Source: Gracilinanus agilis (Eukaryota). From it: a stretch of 64,000 nucleotides of DNA. This document shows positions 41,229 to 53,809 of the stretch, in pieces; within the stretch, counting starts at the first letter, position 1; the number at the start of each line of letters is the position of its first letter. The notes beneath the pieces are model-generated. The model worked only from the letters and a program-made list of their open reading frames with translations. It was not told the DNA's origin and did not search any database. Where the stretch lies: assembly GCF_016433145.1 (NCBI RefSeq), contig NC_058130.1, positions 709,154,046 to 709,218,045 of the forward strand. Direction: 5' to 3'. Both the position numbers and the translations under genes were made by a program.

Positions 41229-42395
41229 ATGCAGAATAGGCTGTGAACAGAGCTAATTATAGGCAACCTTCCTTTCCTGAACTAGATCCCAGAGACTTAT
41301 GCCTTCAAGTCTATGAACTCTTTGTTTTTGTAAAATATTCTGATAATCATATTTCAATTTAACAAGTTTCCTTTGTAACCCTATATTTTATGAATTTAAA
41401 AACATCATTCTGAGAGGGGATCCATAGGCTTCAACAGACTACCAAACAGGATTGTTACCCACAAAAAGATTTAGAGCTCCTCCCCTTAGAGGGATGCCTA
41501 AGAATGACTAAATTTATGGGCAGTTTACTATGTTTCTCAAAATTATTGATCTGAACAAGGTAACATTTCAAGCTGGTAAATCTAGACGTAGCAGTCACTG
41601 CCAATTGCTTGTTGGCTGGTCTTTTCCCATCAGCTGTACTTGACTAAGTCATCCTTCCATTTGTTGCTGTTTTGGTGGTGTGAAACATAAGGATGGGAAG
41701 GCCAGACTACTCACTTGGAAATAGCTCTGAGGAATTGTGATTGCTTCCTATAATATTATTACTACTTCCTAATAGTGATAGCATTTCATTCTTGTTGAGC
41801 CTCTCACATTGTATAGAAAGAAGACTTGTCTTTCAAGGCTACAGAGCACACAAAACAGGGTCCCAGATGGGACTGGGCATAAACGAGGGAAGAAGGAGGA
41901 AGCTCAGAACTTCTCTTTGGGATTGTTAGGGACTATTAAGATTCTGACCCAGGTTATACAGAACCCTTTCCTTGGTGCCACCACCTGAAAAGAAAAGTCC
42001 CTTCTGATGGGGCAGATTTCCATCTAAAGCCATCCTTAGTATCTGCAGATCCTTGACAGACTTCGGTCACTTTTCCTCAAAGGGTGCTTATTCCAGAATA
42101 ATAATCTTGATCTACTGTGTCTGGGCATCTCATGTAAATGATAGCACTGCCAGTCACTTTCTCCCTCCTACCTAGGTACTTGCTTGTGCTGAGGCCAGAC
42201 CAGTTGGTTTGGGTAGCCAATTCCACATTGAAGTTGACACTGTCCACAAAACTTCCTTTGATTTGACATGACAAACTAAGACACTGAGGTTCTTTTCATT
42301 TCCTGGATAATGGTCAAAAGCCTTTTTAGAGTTAAATGTCCCTAATGTCAGACTTTTCTCTTTTCTCATTTCTTCCTCCCACCTTCCATGCCTAG

Positions 42396-42486
42396 GGAAT
42401 ATGTTTCCAACTATTGGGGATGTACATCTTGCACCATTTACAGATGAGCAGCTCTACATGGAACAGTTTACCAAGGCCAATTTTTG
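42396..42486 (+). CDS. CARM1: CARM1 exon 7
   Basis: gcctag|GG AAT ATG...TTT TG|gtgagt; [31 protein letters not shown]; 91 nt; follows the 10.6-kb intron 6. Confidence 0.98.
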
Positions 42487-43140
42487 GTGAGTCCTTTCCC
42501 CTCTCAGAGCTCTGCTCTGGTAGCTGCCAGAAGCCTTGGCCAATAGCCATGGAGCTTGATAACTAGGTTCAGGCTTGAGAAAGTCTTAACTTTTCTTACC
42601 TTCATATTTTGTGGAGACCTGGGCATGATGGTTTCCCATTTACCAGGCAGAGCTTACATTGCTTCTTAGATGTACTATTTTTGGATTCTTAGGCTTTATT
42701 GGTGAGTTGGACTAGGTGATCTCTAAGGTCCCTTGAGCCCTAATACTGTAACTATCATAAAGGTTTTTATTTTCTGCTGGTATAGGCTAGCTAAGAATAG
42801 CTCTCTCCCATTTTATTCTTATCCTTCCTGTCTTCTCCATGACTTCTCCAAGAAGAAGCTCTGGCTCAAACCTCCAATTGAAAGTATTGCTTTTGGGATC
42901 AGCCCTTTAGGAGGTAGTTAAATCATTGCCATTTGACTTCTAAAATAATTATACTCCTCTCCTGTGTAAGTGTCAAATGCTTTTCAATTTGTCCCATCCT
43001 CTGAAAAATTAAAAAATTGGGCTAGTCTTTGGAAAGACATCTTCTAAAGTGAGCAAGATCCTCACCATTCTCAGGTTGGGGGCTCTAGGTTAGTTGGCTG
43101 ATTTTAGGTGGGGGGGTGGGCCTCTCTTCCCCTTCTTTAG

Positions 43141-43222
43141 GTATCAGCCATCTTTTCATGGAGTTGACTTGTCAGCCCTTAGAGGAGCAGCAGTAGACGA
43201 GTATTTCAGACAGCCTGTCGTG
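43141..43222 (+). CDS. CARM1: CARM1 exon 8
   Basis: ctttag|G TAT CAG...GTC GTG|gtaagt; [27 protein letters not shown]; 82 nt. Confidence 0.98.
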
Positions 43223-43560
43223 GTAAGTATAACCTCAAACATCTCACGTACAAAGCAAGAGAAAAGGGGTGGAGGGAAGAGATGAGGTTGTCTAGGTAGA
43301 AAATTCATGGAAGGTTTGCAATTTGGTTTCTTGCTGAAGCCTTGGTTCTGGTAATGGTCTGTCAAACTAAACTTTTAATAGATTCTTGAATCCAAGAATC
43401 CAGTTCACTGGCACACTTACAGGGGTGATCCCCCAACTCTAGGTGCTTAGATGGCCTGGGTTTGAACTTGCCAGGAGTCAAAGCCCTGAAACTGAGTAGC
43501 CTTGCCTTGCTTTTTCCTTTGTCTTCCAGAGCCAAGTTAACTCAGATCTCTCTCTCCTAG

Positions 43561-43701
<141 letters not shown>

Positions 43702-44387
43702 TAAGAATTATGAGATTAGGAATCCCTCTAGATCTGTGGACTCCCTGGGGAATACATGTGGCCAGGGCAGCCTGTCTGTACATCTAACATCCAGACCTGG
43801 GTCCTTGCACTTTGAAAGCATTGTCACACTCTCCTACAAAAGCAATAGGATATGTGCCCTCTACTCAAATGGCTACTTGGGCTATATTGTAATTCCCCTC
43901 AACACTCAGTGGCCCTGGGCACCATTGTAGGGGTAAGGAAAATTATCTAAACTATAGATTTTTCCCATTCTCAGAATTGGCCCAGTGCTTTAATTTTCTC
44001 TTCTCTGGCTTCTTCTCTTTGCTGGACCTAGAGGGATAGGGGGATTTGGGGCAGGGGGAAAACTGGTACAGAAGGGTCCTCATACTTTATTTTGGGCTTG
44101 TAGCTCTTCCCTTTATTGGGTTAAGAATCATTTTTGGGAAAATGAGAAGGTATTGGACTAAGCCATCATACTGGGGCAACTGGCTCTTGTGAGCCACCTG
44201 AGTCTTCCTTGAACTGCTGCCATGCTGCCTTTCTACCTAGCCCACTGCCTGCCAGCCCTCGAGAAAGGGGTGTTATTTACCTAGGGGCTTTGGCCCCTTG
44301 GATTTTCCAAAGGCTCCAACCCACTATCTTATAACCATCACCCTGGGCTCTTCAGGTATTGTCTGCCCCTTCCCATGCCAACTGTAA

Positions 44388-44507
<120 letters not shown>

Positions 44508-45118
44508 TAAGTGTTGGAGAAAATGTGACAAGACTTGGGGTGCCCCCAACAGAGGGAGCTTCATAAAACAGACCCCAGCTCCAACTTCCTATTCTTTGTT
44601 TCATTTTCCTACATGTCCACCTGAAGTTACCTTGCCCCACCTGTGTATATATGTGATTATGTTGCCTTGGCTCCCTTGTGGCCTCCCTAAGACCTGAGAC
44701 AAACCACAGAGGAACCAGGTCTGATCCCAGCAGTACCCCGTGATCAAGGGGAAATAGTCAAAGGGACCCTTAAGGGAAGAAAATGACTTCTCTTCTCTGC
44801 CTTACCTTCTGGCTTCCATTCTCATCAATGATGAATTCTCTATAGTGCCAGAAGCTGGAATGAGGTAACCGATGCTTGTTGTGCTCACACATGTGTAATC
44901 ATGTGTGTCCTTATGCTTGGGGATAAGAAAGCTGGAGTAATTTATGATTGTGCCTTCTGTCTCAAGCTGGATAAGAGATGTTTCTATATCCTCCCCGATC
45001 TGGCATCTAGTGGCAGAGGGCAAATATATGTTTGGCTAATACCCATACCAAATGCCAGACTAATATGCCTGAACTTCTTGGCTCTCTGTTGATGCCCTTA
45101 TTTTTAAAAATGCTTCTT

Positions 45119-45307
45119 GGGGGCAGTTGGGTAGCTCAGTGGATTGAGAACCAGGCCTAGAAGTGGGAGGTCTTGGGTTCAAATCTGGCCTCAGGCACTT
45201 CCTAGCTGTGTGACCCTGGGCAAGTCACTTAAATCCCATTGCCTAACCCTTATTGCTCTTCTGCCTTGGAACCAATACACAAGGTATTGGTAAGGGCTTA
45301 AAAAAAA
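45119..45307 (+). mobile_element. CORE-SINE (SINE2-like, short-tail variant)
   Basis: Full head and core; TSD aaaaatgctt on both sides. Confidence 0.9.
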
Positions 45308-45421
45308 TGCTTTTTTCATTGTCTGGTCCTCTTGGCCATTTTCCCAGCCTGTCTTTGCCTAAGCAAGAGTATGAGTAGGCTCCCAGAGAGAGAAAACGGT
45401 ACTCTCAAAAAGGGGGCTATG

Positions 45422-45614
45422 AGGGGACAGCTGGGTAGCTCAGTGGAGTGAGAGTCAGGCCTAGAGACAGGAGGTCCTAGGTTCAAACCCGGCCTCAGCC
45501 ACTTCCCAGCTGTGTGACCCTGGGCAAGTCACTTGACCCCCATTGCCCACCCTTACCAGTCTTCCACCTAAGACAATACACCGAAGTACAAGGGTTTAAA
45601 AAAAAAAAAAAAAA
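45422..45614 (+). mobile_element. Young opossum SINE1-like element
   Basis: Near-identical to the 26380 copy by eye (about 95%); long A tail. Confidence 0.95.
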
Positions 45615-46004
45615 GGTGTGGGGTGGGGCGCTATGGCTTTGCACTCCTTTAGTTCAGGGCCTAACCACTGCTGCCTTATATCTTGGTCCCTAAAAAGGAT
45701 CAGCAGTTCTTAAATTTTTGTTTGTCCTGGTCCCTTTGGCAGTCTGATGTAGTCTATGGGTTCCTTCTCAGAATCATGTTTTGAAGAATTTATCACTGAA
45801 AGAAATACTAAGTTTCAGTAAGAGGTTAGTGAAAATAAGATGGCATTTTTTCATGTCCAAATTCATGGACCCAAGCTTTAAGTCATCTGCCAGTTTCTCA
45901 GTTTCATGACTGAGTTTTTCTCCACTCCCTCTAATTTTGTTAATGGTCCCTTAGTCCCCAGGCACATAGTGTGCCAGGCCTGGGATGGGGTTGGGGGGTG
46001 GTGA

Positions 46005-46190
<186 letters not shown>

Positions 46191-46669
46191 TGAGTGCTAC
46201 AGGAGAGATGAGGAGGTTGCCCTGGAGACTGTTGAAAGGAGTGATGTGCACTTCCAAAGGGGTATCAGTCTCATCCATTCTACCTTTGGGCTGTGCACAG
46301 ATAGAACCCAGTGGCTCTTCTCCAAGCCAGGGACTCCCAGGCTTTTCATCCAGTCCTCAAAATATACAGGGTTTATTTCTCACCCCTAATGTCTACATCT
46401 TGCCCCTCAGCCTAATCCCCCAACTAAGCTTTGGGGATCTTAATCCCAAGTTCCCAGGCCTATTCCCACATCTTCAACTCACTCCCAGTTCCACACCAGT
46501 GACATATCTGGCCTCCCCTCAAAGCATGGCCTCAAGAATCTTTGAGGCTATTGGGCTATTTGAGCTAGAAGGAAATGAAAATAACCCAGTGTGTGTACAC
46601 AGAGAGAAGCTCTGGGAAAATCTTGGGGTTTTGGATTTTTTTCTGACTGGCCCAGCAGTTGTTGATAGC

Positions 46670-46920
46670 TAGAGACAAAAGTGGTAGCCTAGATGGGGCA
46701 TTGGACTTGGAGTCCAAGTGCTGAGTATAAATCCTGCCTCCAACATTGTAGTTAGGTGGTCCTGGGCAAGTCATTTAACCCTTCTCAGCCTTAGTTTCCT
46801 CATAAAATTGGGGTGATAATAATAGCACCAAGATCATAGGGTTGTCTTGAGGATCAAATGGGATAATATATGTAAAGCTCTTTGGCACCCTAAAGTGCTA
46901 TAGAGATGCTGGTTATTAGG
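46670..46920 (+). mobile_element. MIR/MAR1 CORE-SINE
   Basis: ctgggcaagtcatttaacccttctcagccttagtttcctc...gaggatcaaatgggataat...aaagtgctataga. Confidence 0.8.
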
Positions 46921-47188
46921 ATTGTTTTTCCTATCATCTCTTCCTAATATCCAGGAAGCCCAGGTTCTAGGCTCTCTTATCCTAATAATAGAGTTTTGTG
47001 GGGGAGTTTTCCCCCAATTACAAGTAGAAACAAATTTTTTTAGCAATTGCTTTCTGACCTTTTGCAATCCTGAGTTTCATTTTTAATATCATTAGTCTAG
47101 TCTGCATTCCTGTAGGCCAGCCAAGCCCTATTCTCATACAGCTCTTCAGGCAGAAAGGAACAGAAAAGCATGTAAAAAATCAATCCCT

Positions 47189-47370
47189 GGTGGCAAGCGA
47201 GGTGGACTGAGAGCCAGGCCTAAAGATGGGAGGTCCTAAGTTCAGATCTGGCTTCAGATACTTCCTAGCTATGTGACCCTGGGCAAGTCACTTAACCCTC
47301 ATTGCCTAGCCCTTATTCTTCTGCCTTCAAACCAATACATAGTATTTGGTAAGTGTTTAAAAAAAAAAAA
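47189..47370 (+). mobile_element. CORE-SINE (SINE2-like, short-tail variant)
   Basis: 15-bp TSD aaaaaatcaatccct at 47174-88 and 47365-79. Confidence 0.9.
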
Positions 47371-47800
47371 TCAATCCCTTCCCCACCAAAGCCTTTCCAA
47401 AGGGAAAATCAGCTTAGAAGAGGTTGACCCTGGGCTCTCTAGGGTAGGCTTCTCGGAGTATTTGGCTTACCTGGAGTGAATATGTTTGAGGTTTCAGGCT
47501 AAGAGAACTATTTCCAATGCCTACTCACAGTAAAGGGCAAAGATTGTCCCCAGCTGCCCTAATACTCCCATAGGCCATAGCCTCTGTGTAGGGTTAATGA
47601 TCTCTTGGACAGAGATTCTTTAACTACCTGGGAAGAATTCTAGGATGTAACAATTGTATGTGTGTGGGGGGGGGGGGCTGGAGGGGTTATAAATTTCCTC
47701 TCCTCCCTAAAAACCCTGCCTGCTGTGTGAACTGTGATATCCCGAGAGATGGCAAGAAGGAAGAGCCCTAAGCTACTTGGCTTCAGGAAGCCATGACTGA

Positions 47801-47923
<123 letters not shown>

Positions 47924-48253
47924 TAGGTTTGGGGACCTCTTAACTCTGAGGGAAGAAATGCTTATTGAGCCAGAAGGGCTGCAAGTGATCATCTTGTCTC
48001 ACTCAGACCTGAGTCTCATCTCCACAGCATTCCTGACCTCCTTGAGGACCACAGGCTGGCTAATTGTTGGGGAGCTCAAACTTTTCACAAGTTCCTCCTT
48101 TGCTGAGCTCACATTGCTTCTGTAACTCCTGCCCACTTGTCTTGTTCTCTATAACTTAAGCCCTAAGCTAAACCTTACCAATATTCCTCCAACCAGTCCT
48201 TTTAAATCATTACTTAGAGACTCCATCCTGGCCTGACCCTCCTACCTCTATAA

Positions 48254-48586
<333 letters not shown>

Positions 48587-48810
48587 TAAGAGAGCACACC
48601 CGTGCATATGCTATCAGAGACAGAGAGAGCACAGATGGGGTTGCAGAAGAATTTGGACAAGGACAGGGATAGGCCACCAAAGGCCTTTTTCAGGACAGGT
48701 GGGAACCAGACTTTCCAGGAGCTAATAGTTTTCAGGACAGATTCTTTGGGAAAGCCATCATGATACTCTACCCCCAGTGAACACTAACGTGCTGTTTCCC
48801 ATCTGTACAG

Positions 48811-48888
48811 GGATGCCAACGGCCTATGACCTGAGCAGTGTTATTGCTAGCGGAGCCAGCGTCAGCCACAACAACCTTATCCCTTTAG
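48811..48888 (+). CDS. CARM1: CARM1 exon 14
   Basis: gtacag|GG ATG CCA...TTA G|gttcgt; GMPTAYDLSSVIASGASVSHNNLIPL; 78 nt. Confidence 0.97.
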
Positions 48889-49452
48889 GTTCGTTTTCTG
48901 TTGAGGGTGGGGATTACCCTGAGTCTGAGGATGTGGCAAAGGGGATGTGGGGAAGCACTTTGGGGTGGTGCTTTGGTTAGCAGAGTCTCTGTTAAGAAAC
49001 CAGCGGCACCTGACAAATGATGGATGGGATGTGGGACCTGTCGCCAGCCTCTCCTTCCTCTGTGGGTCCTTCAGACTGGTGCCTCCAGCTCTCTTGCTCT
49101 GCCATCTCCTGTGTTGTGCCCATTTCTCTGTGCCCCCCCCCCCCCCCAGAGGCTGCTGAGCAGTGTGAGGAGGGGTGTTTTGAGTGTGTACTCTTGTGTG
49201 TGTGACTCCGAAGGATCCCAAGATCAGCCCAGCATTTGTCACCTTGAAGCCCTGGGTCCCCTCTGAGCCCCTGCTCATTCACAGTCCCCCTGATGGGCAC
49301 AAAGCAAGAGCAGTTCCTGGACGTTGGTGTGCTTTCTCAGGCTGAGGAATGAGGCGCCATCCCTGTGCCTCAAGAGTGGCTGAGACAGCCCTAACCAGAG
49401 CCCCCAACCAAGGTGCTTACAGCTTTCCCTTTCCTTCCCTCTCCCTGCGCAG

Positions 49453-49521
49453 CCAACACTGGGATTGTCAATCACACCCACTCCCGGATGGGCTCCATTA
49501 TGAGCACAGGGATTGTCCAAG
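49453..49521 (+). CDS. CARM1: CARM1 exon 15 (alternative cassette exon carrying the automethylation Arg)
   Basis: gcgcag|CC AAC...CAA G|gtaacg; ANTGIVNHTHSRMGSIMSTGIVQ; 69 nt, symmetric phase 1. Confidence 0.97.
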
Positions 49522-49977
49522 GTAACGTGGCAGTGCCCAGACAGGCAGGGAGTGTGTGTGTGCCGCCCCCCCCCCCTCCCCTCTCCTGTCCCCAGGGTCT
49601 TGAACTGGCTGATGCTTGAGCTCTTGTCTTCTTGGGCAGACCCCTGGGCCAGCCCTCTCCCTCTGCTTCTCTGTTCCCCAGCCTTGCCTTTGCTGTCTGG
49701 TGGGGAGGGAGGTCACCAGGCTCCAAGGTGGGAGTGGTTTCCATAACAGCGAGCCTCAGGGATCAGCTCTGCAATCTCTATCAGGGAACGGGGTCCTCAG
49801 CAGCCCCTTCCCTCCTGGGCTTATGACCTCCTAGTGAGCGGCAAGCCCCAAACCTAGCCTGGGGTTTCAGCTCACAAGCCAGCCTCCAGGGCAGGGTGGG
49901 GCTTGGCAGCCCGGGAGGAAGTGTGAATGCAGGAGTTGGCATTGTGTGACCTAGGCCTTGTCTTCCCTCTCCTTCAG

Positions 49978-50114
49978 GGTCCTCCAGTGGCCAGAGTGGA
50001 GGCGGCTCCAGCACTCACTACCCAGTCAACAGCCAGTTTACCATGGGGGGCCCCGCCATCTCCATGGCCTCCCCTATGTCCATCACCACCAACACAATGC
50101 ATTATGGGAGCTAA
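49978..50114 (+). CDS. CARM1: CARM1 exon 16 (terminal coding portion)
   Basis: cttcag|GG TCC TCC...GGG AGC TAA; GSSSGQSGGGSSTHYPVNSQFTMGGPAISMASPMSITTNTMHYGS*. Confidence 0.97.
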
Positions 50115-50774
50115 AAGTCCACCTCTGATCTGAACTGACCACACCAGGAAACCAAATGAAGATTTCCCCTTCCTCCCACCTTGGTGGACTGTGCCCTCTC
50201 CCTAACCCCTGCCCTAATAGGGCAGTTTTTACCCTTGTACCATAGAAACAAACACCCAGTCAGCTCCTTCTTTGACATGGGGACTTGTACACTTTTTTTA
50301 TGAAATGTTGACACCTCTGCGTCTTGGCCCCGGCTGAGGCCCCGAGTGAGCAGGCGAGCGAGTGAGCGTCGCTGTATTTTACAAATTTTACAAGAGATCA
50401 TGTAGTGGGAGCCCTTGCTCCCTCCTATCCCCTCCACCCTGGGTTTGGCATTTTCCATAACAGCTATGTGTGGGGAGCCAGACTCTAGGGCACAGACCAG
50501 TGGCCTGTGGGGGGCTGTGCTGAGTGTTGAGGGTTGGGGGGAGGCATAGCCCCAGAAGTCTCATCACTTTTGCCTTTTTCCCTTTAGTCAAGAGATCAAC
50601 CATGTGACCAGCAGGGACTAGTAAAGCTGCCTCCCTAGCCTTACAGTGTCTCCCCAGGCAGCACCCTCTTTGAATGAGGGGGAGGGTGAGGGCGGGGCTG
50701 CAAGGGGGTGGCAGGTGGGGTCCCTCCTGCATCTCTGGGTCCTTGGACAGGATCAGCGTGTGACATGCTGCTTT

Positions 50775-50786
50775 TTTAATTTTATT
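50775..50786 (-). terminator. Candidate YIPF2 poly(A) signal (AATAAA followed directly by ATTAAA on - strand)
   Basis: + strand tttaat (50775-80) and tttatt (50781-86); the first minus-strand hexamers I found downstream of the YIPF2 stop. Confidence 0.5.
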
Positions 50787-51463
50787 TTTTTACAAAAATA
50801 ACCAGTGTCAATCCACAGACTCCAGAGGCCAGGCTGGCCTGGCCCAAGCATAAGCCAGCTGCCCCTGCTGATGGACTCCGAAGATCACGGGGTGGAGTGG
50901 GTGAGGGTGGGGGGAGCAAGAAAGCCCCTGCTCCCAGTATGGCTGGCTAGCTAGCTGAGTGTGCCCAGTATGACAGAGGCCTCCACACTCAGCTGGGAAA
51001 GCTGGGGCCTGGGTAGCCTTGCTTCTCTGGGGAAGTCTGTGACCCCAGCACCAAAGGGTTCACCTCACACTTGAATGTACACACCAGCCCATGGCTGTCC
51101 GAAGCAGCCTCTTCCTTCTCCCCTCCCTGCTCTGAGTGAACCATCACATCTTGCTGCTCTCCTGTCACCTGTGACCCCAGAAGACCTTAGGCAATTGTCC
51201 TTCCCTCCTTCCCTCCCTAAGAGTACAGGAGGAGACTGAGGCTTTGGCCAGTACTACCCATTCCGGGGTGGAGGTGGACTAATCAGTACTGGCAGAAACA
51301 GAACCTAGATCTGTTATGGAAGACAACCCTGTTTTTCTTTGTAGTTCCCATTAGGCCTGTGTATTCCCTGTATCTTAGCATAGCCTCCAACCCTCATAGT
51401 GTGTCATTTTTGTCCCTTCCATGGGTGCCTGGGAAGGGACCTTGCAGGGATTCCTTCTTGGGA

Positions 51464-51802
51464 AATAAAAACAGAAATGAGTGTTGTATCACAGGCAGTT
51501 TTCTTCAACTCCACTCTGCCCAGGCTCTTAGCCCCTACTAATAAGACAGAATGGGGCCCCCTGAAGCAGGAGGGCCTGCAAACTCACAGATTGCTCCCTC
51601 CCTTCTGCCCCATTTCAGTATGTAAGAGAATAAACCAATTTTACCCTAGTAGCTTTTCTGTCCACTGGTTTCTCACAATGGAGGTGCCCAGTATGCCCAT
51701 GATTCCTGTAGGCCCTAACAAGGACTAAAAACCTTGTACACGGGTGAGGAGAAGTTCCATGTTTATATAGTCTCTTTAAATCACCTTTGCATAAGAAATA
51801 AA
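51464..51802 (+). terminator. Candidate CARM1 polyadenylation signals
   Basis: The only AATAAA hexamers I found on + between the CARM1 stop and the YIPF2 last exon: 51464-69, 51629-34 and 51797-802. The sequence alone does not show which is used. Confidence 0.6.
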
Positions 51803-51939
51803 CTTTGATTTGTAAGAAATGTCTTAAGACCAGCAGAATGAACAGTGACTCAGTACAGGATGGTGCTTCCATCAGTGGATATCAGCTGATGACCACTTGG
51901 CATGGGGACCCTGCTGTTGTTGTTTCTCCCTCAGGATGA

Positions 51940-51954
51940 CTAATGGTCTGTCAG
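51940..51954 (-). CDS. YIPF2: YIPF2 probable terminal coding exon (LTDH*)
   Basis: Acceptor ggtttctattttttcag|CTG ACA GAC CAT TAG; gives a 933-nt CDS (310 aa). Unspliced read-through would instead end VSRTANV* at 52131. Confidence 0.6.
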   Translation of the reverse strand: MTDH

Positions 51955-52154
51955 CTGAAAAAATAGAAACCAAGTGAGGGGTTCCCAATCTATGTTTCCA
52001 CAGTGCTGGTTGCCTTGTGAGCAAAGATTCTCTATTTAAATGGGTGAGAAGCCAACCTTTCAAAGAAAGTTGCCTATGAAACTTCCTGTCCCTCCCCTGG
52101 GGAGGATTTGCTGTGTGATCACATCCCTCCTTAGACATTGGCTGTTCTACTTAC

Positions 52155-52256
52155 CTCTGTTCCTCTAGGAGGCTGTAGAAGTCTTGGAGTAGTCTGATGG
52201 AGGGGGGATTGGGTCACAAAAATGGGCCTTGAAGGCAGGGACTGGAAAAAATATAA
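52155..52256 (-). CDS. YIPF2: YIPF2 coding exon 8
   Basis: ctttag|TTA TAT TTT TTC CAG...ACA GAG|gtaagt; LYFFQSLPSRPIFVTQSPLHQTTPRLLQPPRGTE; no stop before the donor. Confidence 0.88.
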
Positions 52257-52340
52257 CTAAAGAAAGAAGTCTTTAGTCAGTGTCAAGGTTTCACACCATC
52301 CCAGCTTGCCCGTTCCTCTACCCTGAACAGCTGATGCTAC

Positions 52341-52523
52341 CTTACAGCCGAAGGCCAGAAGGGCATGGAGGGCAACCATGACAGTTAGCAGCACTGCTGA
52401 TATTATCTTGGTGTCTGAACGGACAAGAGGCCAGAAGGTGAGCAAGAGCACAGCCCCTGAAAGTGACACGGCCAAGACCCCGAGAAACCACTGCAGCCCT
52501 GAGATGGGGATCAGCCATAAGAC
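52341..52523 (-). CDS. YIPF2: YIPF2 coding exon 7
   Basis: tctcag|GTC TTA TGG...TGT AAG|gtagca; VLWLIPISGLQWFLGVLAVSLSGAVLLLTFWPLVRSDTKIISAVLLTVMVALHALLAFGCK; 183 nt. Confidence 0.96.
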
Positions 52524-52550
52524 CTGAGAGCGGGGAAAAAAGAGAGGCTA

Positions 52551-52799
<249 letters not shown>

Positions 52800-52872
52800 C
52801 TAAAGGCCAATTAGCTCTCTAGTGCCCTGCATCGGGCCCCATTCTCCCATATGTGTGCAGGACTGGAGTCTA

Positions 52873-53100
<228 letters not shown>

Positions 53101-53153
53101 CTAGGGGAAGAGCTATACTTGTAATGTTCTCTTAGAAATCCTCCAGCTATTTA

Positions 53154-53273
<120 letters not shown>

Positions 53274-53624
53274 CTAGAATGGGAGGAGAGCCCTTGGATG
53301 CCACTGCAGGTACAAAGATGAAAAGAGTTCCTGCCTTTAAGGAATTTTTTCAAGGGGACATTTGTCCACAAATAAGCATGCTATGAGGACAAAAGCAGCA
53401 GCCAGAAAAAGGAAACTAGGGAAGAAATCACTTTCAGCTATGTGGATCAGGAAAAGCTGCATGGAAAAGATGGTACTTTCGGAAGGAAAAGGATTTTGAC
53501 AGACAGACTTGGAGCACATTCTAGCTCCAGAGACAGGTTGGGTAAGTGCACAAATGCCACCAGGATTGCTTTCCAAAGGTCAGTAAAGTGTAGCCTATAG
53601 TTTGCCCACCTTAAGTCTGAACTA

Positions 53625-53720
<96 letters not shown>

Positions 53721-53809
53721 CTATAAGAGAAAGGGTCAAAGGGTGTCCCTGAAGGCTCCCAGCTGGGAGTTTCTTCCTGGACAGAGTTTCAGGGAAGGCC
53801 TGAACTCAC

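Noticed and set aside
43141-43146. AG|GTATCA at the exon 8 start as a recursive or U12 splice site
   Set aside because: Not the U12 GTATCCTT consensus; the GT is forced by the Trp-Tyr codons and the flanking introns are short
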